From Tepidisphaerales bacterium (GTDB taxonomy: Bacteria; Planctomycetota; Phycisphaerae; Tepidisphaerales; Tepidisphaeraceae), in assembly GCA_038329845.1 (NCBI GenBank), contig JBBQNJ010000012.1:1-64000 (forward strand): DNA of 64,000 nucleotides, written 5' to 3'. Numbering within the stretch: the first letter of the stretch is position 1; the number at the start of each line of letters is the position of its first letter. The position numbers were made by a program, and so were the translations under genes. The notes beneath the pieces are model-generated. The model made no database searches, had not been told where the DNA came from, and was given only the letters and a program-made list of their open reading frames with translations. Shown piece after piece: positions 35,374 to 45,348 of the stretch.

Positions 35374-36333
35374 ATGGCCAAAGCATCCGTCGCCGCGATG
35401 TGCGCCCTGATCGGGCAAGACCCATTCTTGCAGTTGCAGGCGCTGGAAGAGATTGAGTCCCGGCTGGCCGATGGCGTGCAGCGCTTCGATCTGGACGGGG
35501 CGAAGGCCGAGCTGGCCGACGTGCTGGACGAGGTGCGCAGCGTCGCCATGTTCGGCTCGGGCAAGCTGGTGGTGGTGCGCGATGCCGATGAGTTCGTGTC
35601 GCGCTACCGCGAGCCGCTGGAGCGATATGCGCAGGCGGCGCCGCCGGACGGGGTGCTGGTCTTGCGGCTGTCGAGCCTGCCGTCCAATCAGCGGATTTAC
35701 AAGGCGATCGACAAGCTCGGCGGCATCCAGAAATGCGATCCGCCGCGTGACTTGCCCAAGTGGATCGTGTCGCACGGGGCCAAGGCGCACAAGGTCGTCG
35801 TTGAGTTGGACGCGGCGAAATTGCTGGCGGACCTGATCGGCAGTTCGATGGGCCGGCTGGATACCGAACTGGCCAAGCTGGCGATCGGCGCTGAGGGAGG
35901 ACGGATCACGAGCGGCGATGTTGCCGGCGGGGTGACTTTCGGGCGCGAGCAGGAGCTGAAGGAGATGACCGGGTTGCTGTCGGCGAGGAAGGCGTCGGAA
36001 GCGGTCCGGAAATGGCGTCAGATCATGGGCACCGACCCGACGGCCGAGTTTCGCGCGGTGACCTGGCTGACGATCTGGCTGGAGAACGTGCGAAAGGCCC
36101 AGCCGCTGTTTCGCCGCGGGCTAAGCCCCGATGCGATTTGCCAGCAGCTTCGCATTTTTCCCTTCGAGGCCCGGGCCGGCTTCATCAAGACCGCCAAGGC
36201 GATGGGGCCGGCGGGGGTCGCCGAGGCGCTGACCCTGCTGGCCGAGACCGATCGCCGCAGCAAATCGGGGTTGGGGGACTTCGCCGAAAATGTCGAGCGG
36301 TTTTTGCTGACGATGAGCGATCGCATGGCATGA
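35374..36333 (+). CDS. holA: DNA polymerase III delta subunit.
   Basis: 319 aa with HolA-like N-terminal clamp-loader domain (LVVVRDADEF…) and helical C-domain. Confidence 0.7.
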   Translation: MAKASVAAMCALIGQDPFLQLQALEEIESRLADGVQRFDLDGAKAELADVLDEVRSVAMFGSGKLVVVRDADEFVSRYREPLERYAQAAPPDGVLVLRLSSLPSNQRIYKAIDKLGGIQKCDPPRDLPKWIVSHGAKAHKVVVELDAAKLLADLIGSSMGRLDTELAKLAIGAEGGRITSGDVAGGVTFGREQELKEMTGLLSARKASEAVRKWRQIMGTDPTAEFRAVTWLTIWLENVRKAQPLFRRGLSPDAICQQLRIFPFEARAGFIKTAKAMGPAGVAEALTLLAETDRRSKSGLGDFAENVERFLLTMSDRMA

Positions 36334-37502
36334 ACGTGGCGCGGCCTTGGACTACAATCGACGCGATGAACGATCCGCGATTGAAGAAACTGGCCGAGGT
36401 CCTGGTGAATTACAGCGTGCAGGTTCGCCCGGGGGACCTGGTTCGGCTGAGCGCTCCGATGGACGCCGAGCCGCTGGTGATCGAGCTGTACGGCGCGATT
36501 CTCCGCGCCGGTGGGCATCCGAGCGTGCGGCTGAGCAGCGAGCGACTGCAGGAAATCCTGCTGAAGCACGGCAGCGATGCGCAACTGAAGTTCGTCGATC
36601 CGATGGCGTTGTTCGAGGTGGAGAAGATCGACTGTTCGATCGGGGTGTGGGCCGAGCGCAACACGCGGGCGCTGAGCAATGTCGATCCGGGGCGGATCGG
36701 CTTGGCCGAGGCCGCCCGCCGCCCGGTGCTCAAGATGTTTCTCGCGCGGGCGGCGGAGAAAAAGCTCCGCTGGTGCGGGACGCAGTTCCCCACCGAGGCT
36801 AGCGCCCAGGATGCGGAAATGAGCCTCGCGGAGTACGAGGATTTTGTGTTTACCGCCGGGCAGTTGGACAAAGCCGATCCGGTCGGTGAGTGGAAGCGGA
36901 TGAGTGAGCGTCAGGCACGGCTGGTCGAATTGCTTGCGGGCAAGAGCGATTATCGTGTGGTGGCGGGCAACGGCACCGACGTGCGCATGAGCCTCGCCGG
37001 GCGCACCTGGATTAACTGCGACGGGCACGAAAACTTCCCCGATGGTGAAGTTTTCACCGGGCCGGTGATCGAGAGCGTCAACGGGCGCATTAGTTTCAGT
37101 TTTCCTGCGGTGTACAACGGTCGCGAGGTGACGGACGTGGTCTTGACGTTCCGGGATGGCAAGGTCGTCGATGCCCAGGCGTCCAAGGGCTTGGATTTCT
37201 TGATCTCGATGCTCGACACCGATGGCGGCAGCCGATCGCTCGGCGAATGCGCCATCGGGACCAACTTCGGGATCACGCGATTCACACGAAATACGCTGTT
37301 CGACGAGAAGATCGGCGGGACGGTGCATTTCGCGCTGGGGGCCGGCTACCCCGAGACCGGCAATTCCAACGACAGCGGCCTGCATTGGGACATGGTGGTG
37401 GACCTTCGCCGCGGCGGGTTCATCGAGATCGACGGGGAGAAGATCAACATCGACGGGCGGTTCACGCGCGAGCAGCTTCCCGCTCCCGATGCCAATGCGT
37501 AG
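36330..37502 (+). CDS. M29-family aminopeptidase (AmpS/PepS-like).
   Basis: Length and conserved blocks (DFVFTAGQLD, GECAIGTNFGI, GGTVHFALGAGYPETG) typical of peptidase M29. ATGA overlap with holA. Confidence 0.75.
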   Translation: MNVARPWTTIDAMNDPRLKKLAEVLVNYSVQVRPGDLVRLSAPMDAEPLVIELYGAILRAGGHPSVRLSSERLQEILLKHGSDAQLKFVDPMALFEVEKIDCSIGVWAERNTRALSNVDPGRIGLAEAARRPVLKMFLARAAEKKLRWCGTQFPTEASAQDAEMSLAEYEDFVFTAGQLDKADPVGEWKRMSERQARLVELLAGKSDYRVVAGNGTDVRMSLAGRTWINCDGHENFPDGEVFTGPVIESVNGRISFSFPAVYNGREVTDVVLTFRDGKVVDAQASKGLDFLISMLDTDGGSRSLGECAIGTNFGITRFTRNTLFDEKIGGTVHFALGAGYPETGNSNDSGLHWDMVVDLRRGGFIEIDGEKINIDGRFTREQLPAPDANA

Positions 37503-37512
37503 GCGAGGAAGA

Positions 37513-37875
37513 ATGATGCCCTGGATTTACCTCATCCTCGCGGGAATCACCGAAGTGGTCTGGTCGGCGGCGCTGAAACAGTCGGCGGGATTTACCCGGC
37601 CCGTCGCCGGCGCTGTGGCCGTGATCACCATGATTCTCAGCTTCATCCTGCTGGCGATGGCGATGCGAAGTCTGCCGCTGGGGACCAGCTACGGGGTGTG
37701 GACGGGGATCGGGGCTGTCGGGGCGGCGATCATCGGGATCGTGTGGTTCGGCGAATCGCGGGCTGGGGTGCGGCTGGGGTGCATCGCGTTGATCATCGTG
37801 GGGATCATCGGACTGAAGCTCACGAACCGTTCAGCGCCCGCCGGGCAGCGGAGCGCCGATTCGCGGGTCGATTGA
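37513..37875 (+). CDS. SMR-family small multidrug resistance transporter (EmrE/SugE-like).
   Basis: MMPWIYLILAGITEVVWSAALK with the conserved membrane-embedded Glu in TM1. Four TM helices, ~120 aa. RBS gaggaag. Confidence 0.8.
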   Translation: MMPWIYLILAGITEVVWSAALKQSAGFTRPVAGAVAVITMILSFILLAMAMRSLPLGTSYGVWTGIGAVGAAIIGIVWFGESRAGVRLGCIALIIVGIIGLKLTNRSAPAGQRSADSRVD

Positions 37876-37979
37876 TCGACGTGGTCTACTACGGATTCCA
37901 CCTGCTTCTCGCGCGCCCTCGCGGGCAGTTGCCGCGAGCTTGCTCGCGATGTCGGCGCGCGTTTCATGTAGAATCCGAA

Positions 37980-38918
37980 TCACAGATCGCGCAGCACCGG
38001 CGCCGCCGGCTCGACGCGGCGGCGCAGGGCCAACAGCGAATCGACGCTGTAAAGGATCAGTCCCGCCCAGATCAGCGAGAACGTCGCCGCGTGGGCCGAA
38101 GTGAACGGTTCGCCATAGAGAAAAACGGCCAGCAGGAACTGTCCGGTGGGGGCGATGTATTGCAGAAATCCCAGCGTCGCCAGCCGCAATCGGCGGGCGG
38201 CGCTGGCAAACCACAACAGCGGCAAGGCGGTGATGATCCCCGACAGCGCCAGCAGACCGATCATGGGCGTTCCCAGCGATCCATAGACCCCGACGGCGAC
38301 GGCGCGTCCCATGAGGATGCTCGCGAACGGCAGCAGCAACAGCGTCTCGATCAGCAGTCCGATCATCGGCGCCACGACCACCAACTTGCGAACGAGTCCA
38401 TAGAAACCGAAGGAAAACGCAAGGGTCAGGGCGACCCACGGCAGTTCACCGATCCGCCAGATCAGCGCCGCGACGGCGGTGAACGCAAGGATAACCGCCG
38501 CGATTTGCGCGCGGCGCAGCCGCTCGCGCAGAAAGATCACCCCCAGCAGCACCGCGACCAGGGGATTGATGAAGTAACCCAGCGATGCCTGGAGAATCTC
38601 GCCGTGGGCCACGGCCAGGATGAACACGAACCAGTTCACGCCGATCATCAGCGTGGACACGACCAGCGCCAGGACCGTTCGCCGGTTTTTGATCGTCGCC
38701 CGCAGCTCGCTCCAGCGGCCTTGGACGGAGATGATGATCAGCAGGAATCCCGCCGACCAAATCACTCGGTTCACCAGCACCTGAATCGGCGCCACCGTCG
38801 CCACAAGTTTGAAATAGATCGGGAAAAGCCCCCAGGCGGCGTAGGCGGCCATGCCGTAGAGGACCCCCGCTCGCGCCGGATGCCCGGCGCGCGGCAGCGC
38901 CGATGCCCCGGCGCTCAA
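37980..38918 (-). CDS. EamA/RarD-family (DMT superfamily) transporter. TTG start.
   Basis: Ten TM helices, two EamA repeats. N-terminal GVLYGMAAYAAWGLFPIYFKL resembles RarD. Confidence 0.75.
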   Translation of the reverse strand: MSAGASALPRAGHPARAGVLYGMAAYAAWGLFPIYFKLVATVAPIQVLVNRVIWSAGFLLIIISVQGRWSELRATIKNRRTVLALVVSTLMIGVNWFVFILAVAHGEILQASLGYFINPLVAVLLGVIFLRERLRRAQIAAVILAFTAVAALIWRIGELPWVALTLAFSFGFYGLVRKLVVVAPMIGLLIETLLLLPFASILMGRAVAVGVYGSLGTPMIGLLALSGIITALPLLWFASAARRLRLATLGFLQYIAPTGQFLLAVFLYGEPFTSAHAATFSLIWAGLILYSVDSLLALRRRVEPAAPVLRDL

Positions 38919-40327
38919 GCCCCCAGCCCCAGGTCGGTGTACAACCCCGCCAGCACCTGGCGCAGGCGGGCATCGTGGCGGGCCTCACCGGGAGTGCCGT
39001 TGAAGATCAGCACGACGACCAGGGCGCAGTCCGGATCGACGAACGCTGTGGCGAGTTGCCGGCCCCCGTGGCCGAAGGTTCGCGGCGAAGCGTAGGGTCC
39101 GAAGCCGTAGGGGATGTTGTCGCCGTACTGCACCGAGTTCACGCCGAACCCCAGCCCCCAGTCCAGCACCGCCCCGAAAGCCTGGTCGAACAGGCCGGCC
39201 CGATGCCGCGCCGTGATCGCCTCGACGGTCTGCGGTGCCAGCAGCGACCGCTCGGTGTTCGCCAGTCTTCCCCGGCGCAGCAGCATTTCGTAGAACCGGG
39301 CAAGCTGTCTCGCCGGGCCGCGGGCGCTGGATCCCGGACGGCAGACCCCGGCGGATTTGACGCCCTGGCCGGGGATCAGCACCGGGCTGCCTTCTTGTTC
39401 GGTGTTGTACAGCACGCCCATGCGCTCGCCGTACACTTCGTAAAATTGCGACGACATGCAGATCCAGCAATCGTCCATCCCCAGCGCCGAGAAAATCTCG
39501 TCGCGGGCGAACTGCTCGAACGGCCGGCCGTCCAGGCGGCGCACGATTTCGGCGAGGATGATCCACGATGAATCGATGTCGTACCCGGCCTCGCGCCCGA
39601 GATCCCACTGGGCATCGGCGGGCGCTGCGCACAGGCGCTGGACGATCGACGTCCAGTCGGTGGAGTCCCAGGGGACGAATCGGCGGAACCCCGAGGTGTG
39701 GGTGAGCAATTGCCGCAGCGTGATCCGGGTCTTGTTGCTCTGGGCGAAATCGGGCAGATGGATCGCCACCGGATCGTCCAAATCCAGCAGCCCCTTCTGC
39801 CAGAGCATGGCGATCGCCACGGCGGCGATCGGCTTACCCGCGGAGCGCCAGGGCATGATCGTTTCGGGCGTCATCTCGACGCCTGGCGAGGCAAGCCCCA
39901 GTCCCAGGTCGGCCACCACATCGCCCGCGAACGAGACATACAACTGTGCCCCGACGTGCAACTGCTCGCCCACGCCTTGGTGCAGCGCCAACAGCGTTCT
40001 GGGGATCGGCGTATCCAGCGGGATGGGCCTAAGCGGAATCCTCGGCAGCGGCCCGAGCGTCGGCCCCGCCGCCGCCCCGGCGGGCGCCAGCAGCGACGGT
40101 TGTGTTCGCGCGTTGCCCGCCGGGGACGCGGCCGCGGGCGGGAGGGCGGGTGGGGAGGCAGTCGCGAGGGAGGGCGCAGCGCTGGGGATGGGCGCAGCGC
40201 TGGGGGTGGGCGCCCCGAGGGCGGCGGGCATCGCCGATCCGGCCGGCGATGGCTCGGCGCCCGGAATGTCAAACGTGATCCGCGCCTTGACCCGCGGCGG
40301 ACGATCCGACTCCGACATACCCGCCAT
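38915..40327 (-). CDS. Serine hydrolase of the beta-lactamase/PBP4 class C-like family with a Pro/Ala-rich N-terminal region (start uncertain).
   Basis: S-x-x-K active-site motif (WRSAGKPIAA), YxN-like and HGG motifs (FGHGGRQ). Confidence 0.7.
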   Translation of the reverse strand: MAGMSESDRPPRVKARITFDIPGAEPSPAGSAMPAALGAPTPSAAPIPSAAPSLATASPPALPPAAASPAGNARTQPSLLAPAGAAAGPTLGPLPRIPLRPIPLDTPIPRTLLALHQGVGEQLHVGAQLYVSFAGDVVADLGLGLASPGVEMTPETIMPWRSAGKPIAAVAIAMLWQKGLLDLDDPVAIHLPDFAQSNKTRITLRQLLTHTSGFRRFVPWDSTDWTSIVQRLCAAPADAQWDLGREAGYDIDSSWIILAEIVRRLDGRPFEQFARDEIFSALGMDDCWICMSSQFYEVYGERMGVLYNTEQEGSPVLIPGQGVKSAGVCRPGSSARGPARQLARFYEMLLRRGRLANTERSLLAPQTVEAITARHRAGLFDQAFGAVLDWGLGFGVNSVQYGDNIPYGFGPYASPRTFGHGGRQLATAFVDPDCALVVVLIFNGTPGEARHDARLRQVLAGLYTDLGLGA

Positions 40328-40498
40328 TGTCCGCCCCCCGCCCCATCCCGCAAGCGTCGCAGGCCCGCGATTACGGGTTTATCGCGCAATCTGAGATTCC
40401 CATCCGGTTTGCAGAACGCCCCGGTGGATCGGAATGCGACTTCCGCGGCAAATCGACAGCCCTTGGCCCGGCAAATCAGTTGAAGACCGCGTTGGCTT

Positions 40499-41629
40499 CT
40501 ATGTTTGCGCCGATTCGATCCATCCGCCGGCGAGGAGCACGTCGCCGTTGTACAGCACGACGGCTTGGCCGGGGGTGATGGCGGATTGGGGGGTGTCGAA
40601 GCGGACGGTGAAACGATCTTTGCCGTCGGCGGTGAAACGAGCCGGTGCCGGGGCGTGGTTATAGCGAATCTTCGCTTGGCAGGGCATGTCGCGGGCACCG
40701 GCGGCGCGGGTCGAGAGGAAGTTGGCGTCGGCGGCGGTCAACCCGCCGGCTTCGAGTTCGTCTCGCCCGCCGACGGTGATGCGATTGCCCGCCGCGTCGA
40801 TGTTCAGCACGTAGAGCGGGCGACCGCCGGACAGGCCCGTGCCCTTGCGCTGGCCGATGGTGAAATGTTGATGGCCGGGATGCTGCCCGGCGACGCGGCC
40901 ATCGGACGTGACGATTTCGCCGGGACGGACCGTTCCCGGGGTTCGGCGCTGGACCAGCGCGGCGTAATCCTGGTCGGGGACGAAGCAGATTTCCTGCGAA
41001 TCGGGCTTGTCGAAGACCGCCAGCCCGAACTCCCGGGCCAGCTCGCGGACTCGCGGCTTTTCGTATTCGCCAATGGGCAGCAGCGTATGTTCGAGGGTGG
41101 GGCGGCTCATTCCGAACAGTACATAGGATTGATCCTTTCGCCGGTCCACGCCGCGCAGCAGTGATGGCTCGGCGGTGATCGGATCGGGGCCGATCCGCGC
41201 GTAATGTCCGGAAGCCACGTAATCAGCGCCGACTGCCTGGGCATACTGGCTCAGTCGTCCGAACTTCAGCCAGTCGTTGCAGCGGACGCAGGGGTTGGGG
41301 GTTCGGCCGCGATTGTATTCTTCGACGAAATAATCGATCACCCGCCCGAAGTCGTCCTGGAAGTTCAGAACATAAAACGGAATTTCGAGCTGTTGTGCGA
41401 CCCGTCGGGCGTCGGTGGCATCCGACACCGAGCAGCACCCCTGCTTGCGGGCCACGCCCGGCGACTGGCACGCATCGCCTTGATCGGCGTCGGCCACCCC
41501 ATCGGGCGTCCCGAGGCGCATGAACACCCCGACCACCTCGTACCCTCGGCGCAGCAGCACCGCCGCGGCCACCGAACTATCGACGCCGCCGCTCATCGCC
41601 ACGACAACTTTTCCGCGTTGTAAGGGCAT
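40499..41629 (-). CDS. mnmA: tRNA 2-thiouridine(34) synthase MnmA.
   Basis: PP-loop SGGVDSS, catalytic cysteines (NPCVRCN…) and C-terminal beta-barrel. Start chosen at MPLQRGKVVVAMSGG. Confidence 0.9.
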   Translation of the reverse strand: MPLQRGKVVVAMSGGVDSSVAAAVLLRRGYEVVGVFMRLGTPDGVADADQGDACQSPGVARKQGCCSVSDATDARRVAQQLEIPFYVLNFQDDFGRVIDYFVEEYNRGRTPNPCVRCNDWLKFGRLSQYAQAVGADYVASGHYARIGPDPITAEPSLLRGVDRRKDQSYVLFGMSRPTLEHTLLPIGEYEKPRVRELAREFGLAVFDKPDSQEICFVPDQDYAALVQRRTPGTVRPGEIVTSDGRVAGQHPGHQHFTIGQRKGTGLSGGRPLYVLNIDAAGNRITVGGRDELEAGGLTAADANFLSTRAAGARDMPCQAKIRYNHAPAPARFTADGKDRFTVRFDTPQSAITPGQAVVLYNGDVLLAGGWIESAQT

Positions 41630-41711
41630 AGCGAACTTCAGTCCGGCTCTCACTCGGGATCAAACTCAGCAGCGACCCCAATGGGCAAACTGTGCCGGTC
41701 ACGCATGTGGA

Positions 41712-42089
41712 CTAATAGGCGCGTAACATTGAAAGCCTCTCAAAGGTGGCAAAGTGCTTCACGTTGAGGGTATGCACCGCCAACTCGGGCCGCAACGCGG
41801 TGGCCGCGATCTGACAGTCCGGCCAATCTACCCCATGTGAAAGTCGCCTTTTCTTCAAAAGATCGAGCGCCGCCAAGGCATCGGCTTCGCTCGGGGAGAT
41901 GATCTCGCATAATCCTAAAAACGACTCCATGCGATCTTGCTCTTCTCGATTGCGATCGCCGACCAAAATCTCCGTGGCAGCCATGACGGGTGTCGCCAGT
42001 AGCGCTTGCGATCCGACGTGTCTGACCGCCGCTTCCCTGCCGCGCAAGCAATCGATCAGGATGGAACTGTCCAAAATGGCGCTACTCAT
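41712..42089 (-). CDS. vapC: PIN-domain ribonuclease toxin (VapC-like).
   Basis: 125 aa. Conserved acidic residues (ILDSSILID…, E in TEILVGD, D in HGVDWPD). Overlaps the upstream antitoxin gene by 8 nt. Confidence 0.75.
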   Translation of the reverse strand: MSSAILDSSILIDCLRGREAAVRHVGSQALLATPVMAATEILVGDRNREEQDRMESFLGLCEIISPSEADALAALDLLKKRRLSHGVDWPDCQIAATALRPELAVHTLNVKHFATFERLSMLRAY

Positions 42090-42312
42090 CGTCCCGTCGC
42101 ATCAGCGTTTGTCGCAATAGCTTCACCGCATCAGCCGAATCCTCTGGCAGATCGGCTCGATCCTTCCATATCCCCACCGCCGGATGGTGACGCAAACGAT
42201 CAATCCCTGCGTTGGCGGACGCGACCGGTGTCACGTCAACGATTGTTCCGTCACCTAGCTTTTCTCCGTCGATCACCACCACCCCATTGTTCACGATTCC
42301 GCGGTACGTCAT
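42082..42312 (-). CDS. Putative antitoxin partner of VapC (76 aa, swapped-hairpin/AbrB-like N-terminus).
   Basis: MTYRGIVNNGVVVIDGEKLGDGTIVDVTPV… resembles small DNA-binding antitoxins paired with PIN toxins. Gene order and overlap are typical for type II TA. The track ORF has an artefactual N-terminal extension. Confidence 0.55.
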   Translation of the reverse strand: MTYRGIVNNGVVVIDGEKLGDGTIVDVTPVASANAGIDRLRHHPAVGIWKDRADLPEDSADAVKLLRQTLMRRDDE

Positions 42313-42554
42313 GGCGGTCCTCCTGTTCGATGTTGATTTTAGTCGCTCGAATCCCCCCGGTCTCCCGGCCCCCCAGTCCCCCCGCGGCGAGGAATCGGCA
42401 ACCGCACTGCTCAGCCCAGAAACGCAACACAACGCCGATTCAGGACGGTGGCAGCTTGGGCGGAGAATCAGCGGCGAGAAGGCGATACGGTCAAGGTGAC
42501 AGGAGTTTTACCATGTCACCGCCTCATCTCCCGCGCGGACTGTCCATCTCGACG

Positions 42555-44798
42555 TCATTGCGCCGATGCGGCGGCGGCGGGTTTGGGGCCGCCGAGAATC
42601 TTCGACTGGTCCACGATCAGACGTTTGGCCTCATCGGCCGGGAGGCTCAAGGCGCCGTGGGCCTCGGCGGCGGCCGAGCGAAGCTCGACGCTCAGCCCGC
42701 CCTGGATCGCCTTCTGAAGCGCCTGCACCTGCTCGGCGTCGAGCTGATTGCCGTGCAGCTTGGCGCTGGTGGCCACGCTCTTGTACAGCGAGATTCGCGC
42801 GTCCTCGGGGGTCTTTTCATCGCCGGCCTTGGCCAGCAGGGCCTGCTGCGCGGGCTTGCTGGGCAGGCGGGCGACGACCTTTCCGGCGGCCTTGACGTTT
42901 TCCGGTCGGATGTCGTTGCTCAACACCGCCAGCAGGGTCGGCTCGGCCATGGACACATCCAGCACCGGATTGTTGTTGATCTCGAGGTTCAGCAGGTAAT
43001 CCGAGGCCCTCAGTGCATATTGGGTGGCCAGCGCCTCGTCCATGGGGATCGAGCCGGTCTTCTTGCGAGCCTCTTCGATCACCGGTGCCAGGGCGGCACC
43101 TTCCTTGACCTTGGTGACGGCCATCAGCGAATTGTTGGCGGTGCGGGCCTGCCACATCGCGTCCTGACTGACGATCAGGCGGACAGCGCCTTCCAGCCGC
43201 GGATTCGCCGCGATCAGCCCTAGCATCCGCTCGACCTCGTCGCCCTTGAACCCATCGGCGTTGATCACCACCACGTCCACCGACGGCAGGGCCAGGGCCT
43301 CGGCAATGGCGGCTTCGGCGGTGTCGGCACCGGCGACGAGCATCTGCGGCCCGCGCAGGGCCTCGATGATCCCCGCGACGGCGTCGGTGGGATAGATCAC
43401 CAGTGCCGACGTGCGCCCGGTCTGGGCCACGGCTTCGGCGAGGATCGGCACCACCCGCTCCTTGCCCGCGAACTCCTGCTGCGGCAACGCCGCGGCCAGC
43501 GCGAACGCGGCCTCGAATCGCACCAGCCGGTCGGGGAACCGCAAGGCATCGACCACCGGATTGGTTCCGCTCTGATCGGTGATCGCCGAGCGACCGATGA
43601 TCTCCTGCATGCTCTTGGTGGCCCGAAGCGCCACCGGGCTGGAGCGGTCGCGGATCGCCCGCGTGATCACGCCGTTCAGATAGGGCACGCCGCTGCTGAC
43701 GGCATAGAAGTGGGCGCTGGGCGTGCCGATGGGCTTGAGCGGATCGTTCGCGCCCTCGGGCAGCTCAGCCTCTCGCTTGTAGTCCGAAGCCAGCCACAGG
43801 CTCACCGCTTCGGGCTTATCCAAGTTCAGTTTCAAGGCGTATTCGCACGAGCGCATCGCCATAATCTCGTTGAATATCTCCGGGGGAACCTGAGTGCGGG
43901 TCAGCCCCTTGTCTTCCTGCCACAACCAGATGTTGGCCGTGGGAGAGCGCGGGTCGGCCTTAATGGCGGCGTGGTCGTAGTAGAATTTCTCACCCAGCTC
44001 GTAGAAGAGATTGGCCGCGTTCAAGCCGGAAGGGTCCCCCGCGCCCATCTGGCGCAAGGCCCGCGTCGCGGCGCTCTTGACCGAGGCCGGGGCATCGCTG
44101 GAATTGGCAAGCCGGGCCAGGTAGGGCACCGCCGCGTCGTAGCCGATGTCTCCCAGGATCAGCGACACGTCGATTAGGGTGTCGTGGTCCTTCATTACCG
44201 TCGCCGCCACCAGGGGGTTCAATGCCAGCCGGCCCAGCTCGCGAAGGGCGTTTCGCACCGCTCCCTGCAACTCGCGTTGATTGGGATCGCGCAGCACGTC
44301 GATCATCTGGGGGACGGCGAGTTCGCCGCTGTAGCGCAGGTTCTGCATGGCCAGGGCGAACGCGCGGCTGTTGACCCCGAGGCGCTTGATTTGCGACTGG
44401 ATCCAGGCCGGATCGCTAACGCGGGTGCGCCGGCCTTGTTCGAGGATGGAGATCAACTGGACGGTCGGGTCCTTCATCGCGTCGATGCGGCTCCAGCGCA
44501 GCAGCCATTCATCGAGGTTGTCGTTGCGCTCGGCGGCCACGGCCTCGAGCGTCTGCAAGACCTCGGCGGGGCGGCCTTTCTGGGCCAGCACCTTCTGCAA
44601 TTCGGTGGTCGCTAAGTCATAGCGGGCGATCTTGGCATAGTGCCAGAAGCTGTCGGCGGCGGCCCGCAGTTCCGGATCGACCGACGCCGCGGGGGCGTCT
44701 TGCCCCGGGCAGGGCGCCGGACTCAGGATCATCGTCGCGGCGGCGACAAAAAGGGTGAACAAAACAAGCGTGGATGCCGTGCGGGGCGATCGAGTCAT
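42555..44798 (-). CDS. Secreted HEAT/PBS-lyase-repeat protein (747 aa).
   Basis: Signal peptide (MTRSPRTASTLVLFTLFVAAATMIL). Ala/Leu-rich alpha-solenoid repeats throughout. Start reassigned from the track ORF 42555..45455. Confidence 0.65.
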   Translation of the reverse strand: MTRSPRTASTLVLFTLFVAAATMILSPAPCPGQDAPAASVDPELRAAADSFWHYAKIARYDLATTELQKVLAQKGRPAEVLQTLEAVAAERNDNLDEWLLRWSRIDAMKDPTVQLISILEQGRRTRVSDPAWIQSQIKRLGVNSRAFALAMQNLRYSGELAVPQMIDVLRDPNQRELQGAVRNALRELGRLALNPLVAATVMKDHDTLIDVSLILGDIGYDAAVPYLARLANSSDAPASVKSAATRALRQMGAGDPSGLNAANLFYELGEKFYYDHAAIKADPRSPTANIWLWQEDKGLTRTQVPPEIFNEIMAMRSCEYALKLNLDKPEAVSLWLASDYKREAELPEGANDPLKPIGTPSAHFYAVSSGVPYLNGVITRAIRDRSSPVALRATKSMQEIIGRSAITDQSGTNPVVDALRFPDRLVRFEAAFALAAALPQQEFAGKERVVPILAEAVAQTGRTSALVIYPTDAVAGIIEALRGPQMLVAGADTAEAAIAEALALPSVDVVVINADGFKGDEVERMLGLIAANPRLEGAVRLIVSQDAMWQARTANNSLMAVTKVKEGAALAPVIEEARKKTGSIPMDEALATQYALRASDYLLNLEINNNPVLDVSMAEPTLLAVLSNDIRPENVKAAGKVVARLPSKPAQQALLAKAGDEKTPEDARISLYKSVATSAKLHGNQLDAEQVQALQKAIQGGLSVELRSAAAEAHGALSLPADEAKRLIVDQSKILGGPKPAAAASAQ

Positions 44799-45140
44799 GG
44801 TGCGAGGTCTCCAGGTTGATAGAGAGACGTTGGGACCGGGGATCAGAAACCGCCCGCCCCCAGCGTGTTTCACGCCGTTTCGCGGATGCGTTGATCGGGG
44901 TGCGGTGAGTGACATCGTCAAGAGCGAAGGCAGCGCGGGTTGAACAAAACCTCCGCAACAAATCGCGGGCTTCGGCGCAACCGCCCCGCGTGGCGAGCTA
45001 CTGTGTCGAAAGATAAGAGTGCGGTCTTGCGGTGTCAAGAAACGCCACGGCCACCGCCAGGCGCCGCAGGCCGCCGGCGGTGGGCGCGGGGTAGGGGACA
45101 ACCAGAATGTTCCCGTCGCGGCGCTCGGCGGGGAGGGATC

Positions 45141-45212
45141 GCTCGGGGAATAATCTGGATGTCGCCGTGTCGCCGTGTCGCCGTGTGCCCGTGTCGCCGT
45201 GTGCCCGTGTCG
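45141..45212. repeat. Heptanucleotide simple-sequence repeat (CCGTGTCG/CCGTGTGC, ~9-10 units).
   Basis: gtcgccgtgtcgccgtgtcgccgtgtgcccgtgtcgccgtgtgcccgtgtcgccgtgtaccggtgtcgg, directly after an AATAATCTGGATGTC motif. Confidence 0.85.
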
Positions 45213-45348
45213 CCGTGTACCGGTGTCGGTGGCGAGTTTTCGCCTTGGCGCTCGCTTTTGCCGGCGATGCGAGAGGAGATTCGGGTCAGACGCGCACGGG
45301 GACGCGCTGCTGATGTGGGTCCGTCGGACGGCGACCCGCTCTTCGGGC

